A DNA stretch of 32,000 nt from the NCBI RefSeq assembly GCF_000016745.1, contig NC_009483.1:2580001-2612000 (forward strand), given 5' to 3'. Position numbers and translations under genes: made by a program. This DNA comes from Geotalea uraniireducens Rf4. GTDB taxonomy: Bacteria > Desulfobacterota > Desulfuromonadia > Geobacterales > Geobacteraceae. Under the pieces are notes generated by a model. That model did not search any database. It had not been told where the DNA came from and was given only the letters and a program-made list of their open reading frames with translations. Shown here piece after piece: positions 1 to 8,703 of the stretch (positions within the stretch are counted from its first letter, which is position 1; every line of letters starts with the position of its first letter).

Positions 1-705
1 GTTACAGACCGCTACCTGGGGTACGGCTATTTTCAGGCAATTGATCGGGTCGTCGCACCGATTCAACTGGCAAGCCTTGCGGCTACGACACTGCCGATGG
101 GCTTCGGCCAGACTCAGGCTCTCCCGCGGATCACCGAAAATTTTCCATGGCCCCTGCGATGAAAAAGGCAGCGGCGCCCACCCCATAAAGCCGATGACAT
201 CCTTTAGCGGATAGCCAAGGAACACCCCTATTTCGTGGGGGAAATTTCCCTCTGTAAGCCGGGACTGCAACTGTGCCAGGGTTTTCTCCAGGTTGGCCGG
301 CTCCGTGTACCCTGCTTTGCGTAGGATGATCGCCACACTTTTTCGGGCAAGCAACGCTGTTAATTCACTCCGGCGATACAGGAACAGAAGCACTGAATCG
401 CCACGATCGACGAATTCGATCACCTCTAACCCGCTATCCTGAAGTAATGCTGCACCCTGTTTCTTCCAGAGCACGTACAGATTGCGCCCACAGGAACGAC
501 GCTTATTGACAATATTTACCAGGTTTGCCGGCTTTACCCCTTCCAGCACCTCAGCCGTTTCAAGGGCAAGATATGAGGCTAGACAGTCCCTGTCATCGGG
601 GAACCGTCGTGAAAAATCCTGCCACATCGGCCTGTGTCGGGTAATGGAACGGTCGGTGATGCTTTTCATGGCAGGAGTTTCCCGATCTCTATTTGTGGTT
701 CCCAT
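1..705 (-). CDS. DUF3793-family protein, partial (C-terminal end runs off the window edge)
   Basis: Open minus-strand frame from the ATG at 705 to position 1 with no stop, which explains its absence from the ORF track. GGGGGA lies 4 nt upstream of that ATG, and a second in-frame ATG is at 669. The translation contains ...EGNFPHEIGVFLGYPLKDVIGFMGW...WKIFGD..., which I recognise as the DUF3793 signature. Confidence 0.6.
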   Translation of the reverse strand, partial: MGTTNRDRETPAMKSITDRSITRHRPMWQDFSRRFPDDRDCLASYLALETAEVLEGVKPANLVNIVNKRRSCGRNLYVLWKKQGAALLQDSGLEVIEFVDRGDSVLLFLYRRSELTALLARKSVAIILRKAGYTEPANLEKTLAQLQSRLTEGNFPHEIGVFLGYPLKDVIGFMGWAPLPFSSQGPWKIFGDPRESLSLAEAHRQCRSRKACQLNRCDDPINCLKIAVPQVAVCN

Positions 706-798
706 TATTCCCCCGCCCAAAGTTCTGACCAGCATTTCACTGAAACGCCATGCTCCTGACAGCTCAGACAATCCCGCTGCACGCAGACGTTGAAATTG

Positions 799-827
799 AT
801 AATAGTTTTCGTTTGCATTATTGTCAA
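799..827 (-). promoter_or_regulatory. Sigma70-type promoter candidate for the DUF3793 gene (TTGACA-N17-TATTAT)
   Basis: On the minus strand, TTGACA is at 827-822, followed by a 17-nt spacer and TATTAT at 804-799. This is about 90 nt upstream of the ATG at 705. Confidence 0.45.
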
Positions 828-1064
828 TAAAATATTTGGAGAAATATTCAACTACGTTTTTTACAAATACTTTATGTATGTGTGAGGGGCTCGAAGAGGA
901 TTATGCTGATATCCGCAGGCTGTACGGCGATGATTTTATCGGCGAGAGGGTTAGGCCGGATCTGGTGGCTCAAAAAACTACAGACAGTCCTTTGAGAGCG
1001 GCAGACACTTAAACGAGAAAGAATTGTCACCTCTGGAAGAGCAGGCTTGCTGACAGAAGGGACA

Positions 1065-1104
1065 GAAAACGCAAAAGGCCCCTGGCTTTTGTAGTCAGGG
1101 ACCC
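1065..1104 (-). terminator. Candidate intrinsic terminator downstream of tRNA-Gly
   Basis: The stem pairs 1077-1084 with 1096-1103 (7 of 8 bp, 11-nt loop). On the minus strand it is followed by TTTTGCGTTTT. Confidence 0.4.
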
Positions 1105-1139
1105 TTTGCTTATAAATACATGAAAATGATTTGTAAAAA

Positions 1140-1214
<75 letters not shown>

Positions 1215-1228
1215 TCAACGAGTTCTGT

Positions 1229-1257
1229 TTTATAGCAAAAGAGGCTTTGCTAGTCAA
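1229..1257 (-). promoter_or_regulatory. tRNA-Gly promoter (TTGACT-N17-TATAAA with TGn extended -10)
   Basis: The minus strand reads TTGACTagcaaagcctctttTGcTATAAA and ends 14 nt before the mature tRNA 5' end. It has the same architecture as the tRNA-Gln promoter at 17350-17378. Confidence 0.6.
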
Positions 1258-1295
1258 CAGTTTTTTTACAAAATTTATTTTTTTTGCTCAAGCGA

Positions 1296-1448
1296 TCATT
1301 TTTTGCGTAACTGCTCCCCCTCTCCTTCCGCCACAACAAGGCCGTCTCTGAGGACTATCGTCCTATCGGTATAGACGCAATTCTCCGGGTTGTGGGTCAC
1401 CATGACAACGGTCCGGCCGCCACTGTTCAACTCCTTGAAATGAGCCAT
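1296..1448 (-). pseudogene. Remnant of an ABC-transporter ATP-binding protein (C-terminal ~50 codons only)
   Basis: The 50-codon minus-strand ORF reads MAHFKELNSGGRTVVMVTHNPENCVYTDRTIVLRDGLVVAEGEGEQLRKK. This matches the conserved C-terminal end of MacB/LolD-type ABC ATPases (H-loop VMVTH, then DRxIxLxDG). No Walker A or ABC signature lies upstream in any frame. Confidence 0.5.
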
Positions 1449-1560
1449 TACTGGATTTATGTGTGATCGTGGGTGAAAAATGTGGTCGATTGTTGAAAAG
1501 ATACGAAGATTGGCCGGGACATCGTTGGCCCGACCAGAACGGAAGAAAGAAGCGTTATTT

Positions 1561-1926
1561 TTATTTTACAGGCTGAATGAGGCAGGATGCGGTATCTTTT
1601 TTGGCAATGTCACCGACCTTGACTGCACCCTTGACGATTTCCGCATCGAAATAATGTTCTCCTGCATAACCGATGACTTTAACCTGGCCGACTTCTCTGG
1701 ATTTCACACTGCTCCCACCCATGGTTTCACGGTAAACCGGGATCACATCATTGATGCAGATTTCCTTTTTTACGTCCGCAGTGCCGCTATGGAATAGATG
1801 CACCTTGCTGCCGACCTTCATAACCACTTCACCTTTTGTCTTCGCTTCCTTGGCGACGGCAACCGGCGGCAAGGACAACATGACGGCCAGCGTCAGCAAA
1901 CCAATAATCCTTACGATTACATTCAT
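1561..1926 (-). CDS. Hypothetical secreted protein (signal peptide, 121 aa)
   Basis: The ORF-track frame 1561..1995 was trimmed to the ATG at 1926, which is preceded by AAAGGAGAAcgaac. The N-terminus MNVIVRIIGLLTLAVMLSLPPVAVA looks like a signal peptide. I recognise no family. Confidence 0.6.
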   Translation of the reverse strand: MNVIVRIIGLLTLAVMLSLPPVAVAKEAKTKGEVVMKVGSKVHLFHSGTADVKKEICINDVIPVYRETMGGSSVKSREVGQVKVIGYAGEHYFDAEIVKGAVKVGDIAKKDTASCLIQPVK

Positions 1927-2095
1927 GTTCGTTCTCCTTTCAGTTATGATTTCAATTGCAATATACCTTATTTCGCCACCACCTCCCGGTTCCAAACTGG
2001 AAATAACGACATTTTTCAGCTCAACTCAACACCCTCGCCCGCTTTATTTGATATTTTAACAAATTTATCTCCATAAACAATAAAGCGGCGCTATA

Positions 2096-3130
2096 TTATT
2101 TCTCCACGGCCGATATCGCCGCGTTGATTGCCTGACTGGTAATCTCGCCATCACCCACCAGCAGCTTACGCTTCTTGGTTTTTTCGTTTGCCACGACCAC
2201 CGTCGGCGTCGCGTTTACCCCGTATCCCCGGTATATGGACTCGTTCTGTTTCACCCCGTTCATGACATCCATGAAATTGAGCTGTCGCAGCTTGACGCCA
2301 TAGGGAGCTACCGCCGCCTGCACCTGTTCATTGCTAGGCGCTTTCACCTTCATGGAAAGCTCACTCAATGCGCGGCGCAACTGAATATACTTGTCCTTCT
2401 CGTACACCAGGAATTGAAGATTGTACGGCGTGTAATTGGATGTTTCCGGATGGATCGGATAATCAATAAATGCTATTCTCGTCTGGCGGGCAAGCGCGGG
2501 GTACATCTTTTCAATCTTCGGTTCAAGCCTGCGGCAACCAGGGCAGAACCAGTCGCTGACAAAGTACACGGTGGTCGGACTGTTTTGCTTGCCGAGATAG
2601 ATATTGAGCCCGGCTGCGTCAGCTTCCTTTCTGACCCCGACCATGGCAGACATAGCTCCGAGCGCAATCGCGACCAGCATAATGACCAAAAACTTCAGTG
2701 AACTCTTCATATCTCCCCTCGACATCCTTGTAACAAGGAACTTTTCATACACCAATACAATTGCAGCCACGAAGACCATAACAGCTATCCAGAGACAAAG
2801 CGGACACCATCTGCCGATGACGAACTTTTGCAACCAAAGGAACCGAAGTTCAGCACCAAAACCAGCAAAGACTAAAGAAGAAAAACAGCTGCTCAACCAT
2901 GCGCCCCGGTTGCGCAAACCAAGCGTCACAATGGAGATGATGAAAAACACCACGCCAAACCAGCCGAAATCTATGCCGAAGATATCGTACTTTGTCGACT
3001 CGCTGCAGGCTGCGGTGCAGATCTTCAGGGCTGACAGGACGGCAAGAACAAGCCCCGCGGTCACGGCTGACCACAAGAGAACCGTCTTCATGTCGGTTCG
3101 ACCAGATTTATTAATCACTGAATTTTCCAT
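2096..3130 (-). CDS. Vitamin K epoxide reductase (VKOR) family membrane domain fused to a DsbA-like thioredoxin domain
   Basis: The N-terminal half has multiple TM helices with CTAAC and CPLC motifs, as in VKOR. The C-terminal half has FCPGC in a thioredoxin/DsbA-like context. The start is uncertain: in-frame ATGs at 3157, 3130 and 3091, and only 3130 has an SD-like GGTGA upstream. Confidence 0.8.
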   Translation of the reverse strand: MENSVINKSGRTDMKTVLLWSAVTAGLVLAVLSALKICTAACSESTKYDIFGIDFGWFGVVFFIISIVTLGLRNRGAWLSSCFSSLVFAGFGAELRFLWLQKFVIGRWCPLCLWIAVMVFVAAIVLVYEKFLVTRMSRGDMKSSLKFLVIMLVAIALGAMSAMVGVRKEADAAGLNIYLGKQNSPTTVYFVSDWFCPGCRRLEPKIEKMYPALARQTRIAFIDYPIHPETSNYTPYNLQFLVYEKDKYIQLRRALSELSMKVKAPSNEQVQAAVAPYGVKLRQLNFMDVMNGVKQNESIYRGYGVNATPTVVVANEKTKKRKLLVGDGEITSQAINAAISAVEK

Positions 3131-3233
3131 AATAATCACCAGCAAACATTTTACCATCTTTGCCGGTAAAACTGAAACCTTGATTTCAACCTGCCGGTCA
3201 AAAAAAGGCGTTCACATCTTCAGGGATTGATTA

Positions 3234-4169
3234 TCATGGAATCAAAGGTGCAGAAACATGGGGGATAAGTGAAGGGTCGAAACGGGTAATGGCCCAGTCG
3301 AGGATTTCGTAACAGGAGGCGCCCGTAAGTGAAGGAGGCGGTTGCTGACCGAGAAAACGGAGTGCGGCCAGAAGCAGCCCCCCCCCATCTTTACGCAGAT
3401 CAAGCCCGGCTGCCAGGGAAACAGCATTGTCCCTTTTACTGAGCTTTGCCCCGCCCGGAGCGGTTACCAGCGGCAGGTGTGCATAGGAAGGTGTCGGATA
3501 ACCGAGCAGCCTCTGGAGATAAATCTGCCGAGGCGTCGAAGAAAGCAGGTCGGCGCCACGCACTACCTGATTCACGCCACTTTCGGCATCATCCACTACT
3601 ACTGCAAGATGATAGGCAAAGGGGCCGTCAGCCCTCTGAATGACAAAATCGCCACACGATGCCGACAGCACCTGGCTGTAACGCCCCATGATACCGTCGG
3701 CAAAAGAGACCACTTCGTCGTAAACCTTTACCCGGTAAGCCCTTTCGACCTTCCCGGGCGGCAAACCATCGCGACAAAAACCCGGATAGATGACATCCTC
3801 CGTCCCCTCAGCGGAAGATATTTTGGCGATTTCCGAACGGGTACAGCCGCATGAATAGGCAACTCCCCTATTGATGAGCTCTTCCAGGGCGGCCTGGTAA
3901 ACTTCGGTCCTGCGGCTCTGGAAAAGCACCTCGCCATCCCACTGAAATCCGAGAATTTCGAGGGTATCCTGCATGTCATCGGCAATCCCCGGCACAACGC
4001 GCGGAAGGTCCAGGTCCTCTATGCGCAGAAGCCAGCGTCCATCTGAATGCTTGGCAAAAAGGTAGCTGCCGAGCGCCGCCACCAGCGACCCGAGATGAAG
4101 CGGCCCCGTCGGGGACGGAGCGAATCGTCCGATAATATTCTGATTTGTCTCTTTTCCAGCAGATAGCAT
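3234..4169 (-). CDS. gluQ: Glutamyl-Q tRNA(Asp) synthetase
   Basis: GRFAPSPTGPLHLGSL (HIGH-type motif) and KLSKRD (KMSKS-type motif) are present. The 311-aa length indicates a truncated GluRS-like catalytic domain without an anticodon-binding domain. Confidence 0.9.
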   Translation of the reverse strand: MLSAGKETNQNIIGRFAPSPTGPLHLGSLVAALGSYLFAKHSDGRWLLRIEDLDLPRVVPGIADDMQDTLEILGFQWDGEVLFQSRRTEVYQAALEELINRGVAYSCGCTRSEIAKISSAEGTEDVIYPGFCRDGLPPGKVERAYRVKVYDEVVSFADGIMGRYSQVLSASCGDFVIQRADGPFAYHLAVVVDDAESGVNQVVRGADLLSSTPRQIYLQRLLGYPTPSYAHLPLVTAPGGAKLSKRDNAVSLAAGLDLRKDGGGLLLAALRFLGQQPPPSLTGASCYEILDWAITRFDPSLIPHVSAPLIP

Positions 4170-4269
4170 ATATGCAGCTACCTCCTACCCTGTTTTAATC
4201 CGGCCATAGGTCCGTTACAAAAACAGTCGTGACTCACCTGTTAAATAAACATATCTGGAACAGCAATTG

Positions 4270-4584
4270 TTAATCAAGAAAAGAACAGCAATAATCAGTC
4301 AGGCTTTTTACTTTCAGCTTGAAAGCTGCATTGGCAGGCACGTCAAAGGATTCGCCACCCTTTATCGTCTGCCAGGAATCAGCGCCGGGGAGCAATACAT
4401 CCAGGTCACCCGACAGTATCTCCATCAGCTCGGCACTGCCGGTATTAAACTCGTAATCCCCCGGCATCATCACACCAAGGGTTTTCTTGCAGCCTGAATC
4501 GAATATAATCGTACGACTGGTCACCCCGCCGTTAAAATATACATTTGCTTCCCGGATAATCGTCACATTTTTGAACTCAGACAT
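4270..4584 (-). CDS. ppnP: Pyrimidine/purine nucleoside phosphorylase PpnP (DUF1255/YaiE family)
   Basis: The 104-aa protein has ...[13 protein letters not shown]...[23 protein letters not shown]...[13 protein letters not shown], typical of the family. AAAAAGGAG lies upstream of the ATG. Confidence 0.88.
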   Translation of the reverse strand: MSEFKNVTIIREANVYFNGGVTSRTIIFDSGCKKTLGVMMPGDYEFNTGSAELMEILSGDLDVLLPGADSWQTIKGGESFDVPANAAFKLKVKSLTDYCCSFLD

Positions 4585-4638
4585 TGCAGAACTCCTTTTT
4601 ATCAGATTCTGATTTAATGAAAACTCAGCCGATGTGAT

Positions 4639-4667
4639 ACTTAAGTCAATATATGTGCGTCTGTCAA
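4639..4667 (-). promoter_or_regulatory. Sigma70-type promoter candidate for ppnP-gluQ (TTGACA-N17-TTAAGT)
   Basis: On the minus strand, TTGACA is at 4667-4662 and TTAAGT at 4644-4639 with a 17-nt spacer. It sits between the glnA terminator and the ppnP start. Confidence 0.4.
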
Positions 4668-4722
4668 GGACAAAGTTAAGACCTTGTTATAAATATGCTG
4701 CCATATATTTGCCGGGAACAAT

Positions 4723-4756
4723 AAAAAAAGGCGGGAGAATTCTCCCGCCTTTTTTT
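4723..4756 (-). terminator. Intrinsic terminator after glnA (symmetric, usable in both directions)
   Basis: Perfect palindrome GGCGGGAGAATTCTCCCGCC at 4730-4749, flanked by A7 on one side and T7 on the other. It lies 20 nt after the glnA stop. Confidence 0.9.
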
Positions 4757-4775
4757 ATATGTTTCACTGCCCTGA

Positions 4776-6188
4776 TTAAATGTCGAAGTAAAGGGCGAAT
4801 TCGAGGGGAACCGGACGCATGCGAACCGGATTAACCTCTGCTTCAGTCTTGTACTCGATCCATTTCTCGATAACGTCAGGTGTAAAGACGTCTCCCTTGA
4901 GGAGGAATTCGTGGTCTTCCTTAAGGGCACTGAGTGCCTCTTCAAGACTCCCCGGAGCTGAAGGAATGTGGGCAAGCTCTTCAGGAGACAGGCCGTAAAT
5001 ATCCTTATCCAGCGGCTGGCCCGGATCGATCTTGTTTTCGATGCCGTCAAGACCTGCCATCAGCATTGCGGCAAATGCCAGATATCCGTTGCAGGAAGGG
5101 TCCGGAGTACGGTATTCGATACGCTTCGCCTTCGGATTGGAGGAGAACATGGGGATACGGAGCGACGCAGAACGGTTACGGCTGGAATAAGCCATGTTCA
5201 CCGGAGCTTCGAAACCTGGCACCAGACGCTTGTAGGAGTTGGTGGTCGGGTTGGTGAATGCGCACAGGGCACGGGCATGCTTGATGATGCCGCCGATGTA
5301 GTAGAGGGCCATTTTGGAAAGCCCACCGTAGCCGTCGCCGGCAAAGAGGTTGGTACCGTCTTTCCAGAGCGACTGGTGGCAATGCATACCGGAACCGTTG
5401 TCGCCGTAAAGCGGCTTCGGCATGAAGGTAGCGGTCTTGCCGTTTCTGTTGGCCACGTTTTTGATGACGTATTTGAACCACTGCAGGTCGTCAGCCATGG
5501 CGACGAGCGAGTTGAAACGCATGTCGATCTCGGCCTGGCCGCCTGTGGCAACTTCATGGTGCTGACACTCGACACGGATACCGACCTTCTGCAGTTCCAT
5601 GACCATCTCGTTTCTCAGGTCGTTCTGTGAGTCGGTCGGAGAAACGGGGAAGTAGCCTTCCTTGTGACGCGGCTTGTAACCCAGGTTGGGGAATTCTTCG
5701 CGACCGGTATTCCAGGCGCCTTCTACGGAGTCGACGGCGTAGAAAGACTGGTTGGCAGTCGAATCGTAGCGAACATCGTCAAAGATAAAGAATTCGGCTT
5801 CCGGTCCGAAGTAAGCGGTATCGGCAATAGCTGTGGACTTCAGGTACGCCTCTGCCTTGCGTGCGATGTTACGCGGGTCGCGGCTGTAGTCTTCCTTGGT
5901 GATCGGATCGAAAATGTTGCAGATCAGGCTCAGGGTAGGGATAGCAGTGAATGGATCCAGTTTGGCGGTGGTCGGATCAGGTATAATGATCATGTCGGAT
6001 GCGTGGATAGGCTGCCAACCGCGGATGGAGGAGCCGTCGAAGCCCTGACCTTCTTCAAAGGTATCTTCGCCGAACTCACTCATGGGCACGGTAAAATGCT
6101 GCCAGATACCGACAAAGTCCATAAATTTGAAATCAACCATCAGTACGCCGTTTTCTTTGGCAAATTCTACTACTTGTTTTGGTGTCAT
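4776..6188 (-). CDS. glnA: Glutamine synthetase, type I
   Basis: 470-aa protein with classic GSI motifs ([40 protein letters not shown]). AAGGAG lies upstream of the ATG. Confidence 0.97.
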   Translation of the reverse strand: MTPKQVVEFAKENGVLMVDFKFMDFVGIWQHFTVPMSEFGEDTFEEGQGFDGSSIRGWQPIHASDMIIIPDPTTAKLDPFTAIPTLSLICNIFDPITKEDYSRDPRNIARKAEAYLKSTAIADTAYFGPEAEFFIFDDVRYDSTANQSFYAVDSVEGAWNTGREEFPNLGYKPRHKEGYFPVSPTDSQNDLRNEMVMELQKVGIRVECQHHEVATGGQAEIDMRFNSLVAMADDLQWFKYVIKNVANRNGKTATFMPKPLYGDNGSGMHCHQSLWKDGTNLFAGDGYGGLSKMALYYIGGIIKHARALCAFTNPTTNSYKRLVPGFEAPVNMAYSSRNRSASLRIPMFSSNPKAKRIEYRTPDPSCNGYLAFAAMLMAGLDGIENKIDPGQPLDKDIYGLSPEELAHIPSAPGSLEEALSALKEDHEFLLKGDVFTPDVIEKWIEYKTEAEVNPVRMRPVPLEFALYFDI

Positions 6189-6223
6189 CTACAATCTCCT
6201 TTGAGAATATGAAATACAGACGG

Positions 6224-6565
<342 letters not shown>

Positions 6566-6602
6566 TCATCACCCCCTGGTTAATTTGTTAAAAAGCGTGC
6601 GG

Positions 6603-6631
6603 ATTATAAGTGGCTTGCAGACAAAATGCAA
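6603..6631 (-). promoter_or_regulatory. Sigma70-type promoter candidate in the glnB leader (TTGCAT-N17-TATAAT)
   Basis: On the minus strand, TTGCAT is at 6631-6626, followed by a 17-nt spacer and TATAAT at 6608-6603. This is about 40 nt upstream of the glnB TTG. Confidence 0.45.
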
Positions 6632-6673
6632 GATTAATCAAACGATTTTATTTATGCTATATGAACGTACATA

Positions 6674-6694
6674 ATTATAGCAAATTATCTGCCA
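6674..6694 (-). promoter_or_regulatory. Sigma54-type promoter candidate (TGGCAG-N5-TTGCT) overlapping an extended -10 (TGcTATAAT)
   Basis: The minus strand reads TTGGCAGATAATTTGCTATAAT. GG and GC are in the correct -24/-12 spacing, and the site is about 115 nt upstream of glnB. The -12 element overlaps a perfect TGnTATAAT. Confidence 0.5.
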
Positions 6695-6810
6695 AGAGAC
6701 ACCAACCCAACATTAATCTGTCATATCAACATGTTACAAGCAATAATAATCACATTAAATATCTAGTCGAAATAAGTGTAGCTTATAAATTGAGCAACCC
6801 GACCCCGACG

Positions 6811-6829
6811 ATGCCCAATGGATGGGCAT
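6811..6829. promoter_or_regulatory. Palindrome ATGCCCA-N5-TGGGCAT, a possible activator (enhancer-binding protein) site upstream of the glnB sigma54 promoter
   Basis: Perfect 7-bp arms about 120 nt upstream of the sigma54-type element. No T-run follows on the minus strand, so it is a poor panE terminator. Confidence 0.3.
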
Positions 6830-6847
6830 AAAATTAAATACTCGGCT

Positions 6848-7765
6848 TCAACTCTTTTCCGAAGAAACCAGGTCTAGCAGAGCGTGCAATTCTTCGACCC
6901 GCGGCATGGCGAGCCCATTTTCACGTGCCGCTGCCAAAGGCTTGTCGAATATGGCTTCAAGCTCCAACTGCCGCCCTTCTTCACGGTCAATCTGCATGGA
7001 AGGCTTATAGGCGCCGAGTGTTTCCGTAAAACGTATCATGCTATCGGCAAATGATTGCTGCATAGGCACGGTGAGCCCCTGGGCATTTGCTGTCTCGATC
7101 AACTCCGCCATGATAGCGCGGACCTGAGCCCGGATTCCGTCATGACGCAAGAGCACATCCACAGGCTTCAATAAAAGAGCACAGATTCCGTTAAAGGGGA
7201 TGTTCCAGATAAGCTTTTCCCAGCGCGCCTTCTTCAGGTCAGTAACACCCCGGCACTCGACACCGGCTGCACAAAAAAGCCCTGCTATACGCTCTACCCG
7301 TTCCATACCGCAATAACAAAGTTCACCGAGCAGAATTCGCCCGGCGCCGAGATGGTGTACGACTCCAGTCTCACCACGGTTGGAGCAGAGGAACGCCACG
7401 CCCCCCATCACTCGCTCGGCGCCGAAAATCCCGGCAAGAGCCTCTTCATTGCCGAGTCCGTTCTGAAGGGTAATAATAATCGTCGTTTCGCCGACAAGCG
7501 GCGCAATAAGCTGCCGGTAAAGGTGATTGGCAAAGGTCTTGAGTCCAACCACCACGAGATCTACCGTCCCGATCTCCTCAGATGTTCTGTATCCATTCAC
7601 ATGGGGCAGATGGAAATCACCATTTACGGAATAGACGGCGAGCCCTTTTGCAGTCATCGCCTCATAATCGCGACGGAGCAAAAAATGGACATCATTGCCC
7701 CCCTTTTGCAGCATAGCCCCATAATAGAGGCCCAATGCTCCTGCACCAACTACTGCAATACGCAT
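6848..7765 (-). CDS. panE: 2-dehydropantoate 2-reductase (ketopantoate reductase, ApbA/PanE family)
   Basis: MRIAVVGAGALGLYYG forms a Rossmann GxGxxG motif. The family-typical ...KPSMQIDREEGRQLELEAI... is also present. Confidence 0.85.
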   Translation of the reverse strand: MRIAVVGAGALGLYYGAMLQKGGNDVHFLLRRDYEAMTAKGLAVYSVNGDFHLPHVNGYRTSEEIGTVDLVVVGLKTFANHLYRQLIAPLVGETTIIITLQNGLGNEEALAGIFGAERVMGGVAFLCSNRGETGVVHHLGAGRILLGELCYCGMERVERIAGLFCAAGVECRGVTDLKKARWEKLIWNIPFNGICALLLKPVDVLLRHDGIRAQVRAIMAELIETANAQGLTVPMQQSFADSMIRFTETLGAYKPSMQIDREEGRQLELEAIFDKPLAAARENGLAMPRVEELHALLDLVSSEKS

Positions 7766-7925
7766 GATTTTCCCCCATTTCTTGTAATATCTGCCGGATA
7801 ACGATATAGTGTCACTTCATTTCTGTTTCATAACGTCAGGCCGAAAATTACGAACTTTTTTCAAATTTAAAGACTGAATCTGCTTGTTAAACTGCCGCGT
7901 AAAACGGGAAAGGACCGCACTCAGG

Positions 7926-8669
7926 ATGCATCTTCTTCTTTTCATACTTCTGCTGTTTCTTACCCACTCTGAAGCCGATGCGGATTTCTACAAATACCGG
8001 ACAGAAGACGGTGTGGAAGTCTTCACAAATACGCCGACCACCAGTAATGCCGTAAAAATAATCAGGGAAGATAGCCCGCGGCAGGTTGCATCACCTGCCA
8101 GAAAAAAACCTGCGACAAATAAAACCGCCCACAGCGGCCAAAATCAGGCAAACAACAGACTAGACCAGGAAGACGCGCTGCTGCGCCTCCCCGTTTCCGG
8201 GACTATCTCCTCCCAATATGGCTGGCGGCACGACCCGATCGACGGAAATCTGAGACACCATAACGGTGTCGACATAGCCGTGCCGACCGGAACACCCGTT
8301 AAATCCATCGCACCGGGAAGAGTGTCATTCAGCGGCACGCGTGGGGGGTACGGCAATCTCGTCATCATTGAGCATGATAACGGCATGGTTTCCCTTTACG
8401 GCCACAATTCGCTCGTTCTGGTAACCGCCGGGGAAACCGTGGATGCGCACAAAACCATTGCCTTATCAGGCTCGACAGGCCGATCAACCGGTCCCCATCT
8501 TCATTTTGAACTATGGAAAAACGGGGACAACCTGACACAGGCGTATGTGCAGAGCCGCAGCGGAAACTTTACCGGCGCTGACGTTGCCTCCAGCCGGGTT
8601 CAACACGATGAGATCAGGAGATTTGTCGAGAAAAACGGCACCCTCGTATTCACCAATCTCCCCCAGTAA
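7926..8669 (+). CDS. M23 (LytM-type) metallopeptidase with DUF4124-like motifs at both termini
   Basis: HHNGVDIAVPTGTPV...GGYGNLVIIEH...LYGHNS...GSTGRSTGPHLHFEL are the M23 catalytic motifs. I chose the ATG at 7926 (signal-like MHLLLFILLLFLTHSEA) over the TTG at 7884 used in the ORF track. Confidence 0.85.
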   Translation: MHLLLFILLLFLTHSEADADFYKYRTEDGVEVFTNTPTTSNAVKIIREDSPRQVASPARKKPATNKTAHSGQNQANNRLDQEDALLRLPVSGTISSQYGWRHDPIDGNLRHHNGVDIAVPTGTPVKSIAPGRVSFSGTRGGYGNLVIIEHDNGMVSLYGHNSLVLVTAGETVDAHKTIALSGSTGRSTGPHLHFELWKNGDNLTQAYVQSRSGNFTGADVASSRVQHDEIRRFVEKNGTLVFTNLPQ

Positions 8670-8679
8670 CGGCCAGTCC

Positions 8680-8703
8680 CCATCAACCATCTACCATCTA
8701 CCG
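8680..8703 (-). repeat. Heptad array, family 1: aaaCGG TAGATGG TAGATGG TTGATGG (minus-strand reading)
   Basis: The plus strand reads CCATCAA CCATCTA CCATCTA CCG. The hrpB TAG stop (8698-8700) lies inside the first unit. The array fills the 28-nt gap between the convergent M23 and hrpB genes. Confidence 0.8.

Noticed and set aside
482-793. 103-aa plus-strand ORF
   Set aside because: It is antisense to the DUF3793 frame, which has a recognisable family motif and an SD. It has no motif or SD of its own.
821-1012. 63-aa plus-strand ORF (TTG start)
   Set aside because: The TTG start lies inside the predicted DUF3793 promoter -35 and has no SD. I recognise no family. The GC-rich 3' part is kept only as a possible gene remnant (see the finding at 830-1448).
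1927-1995. 23-codon upstream extension of the secreted protein ORF (MEPGGGGEIRYIAIEIITERRTN)
   Set aside because: The internal ATG at 1926 has a strong AAAGGAGAA SD and starts a typical signal peptide, whereas the extension has neither.
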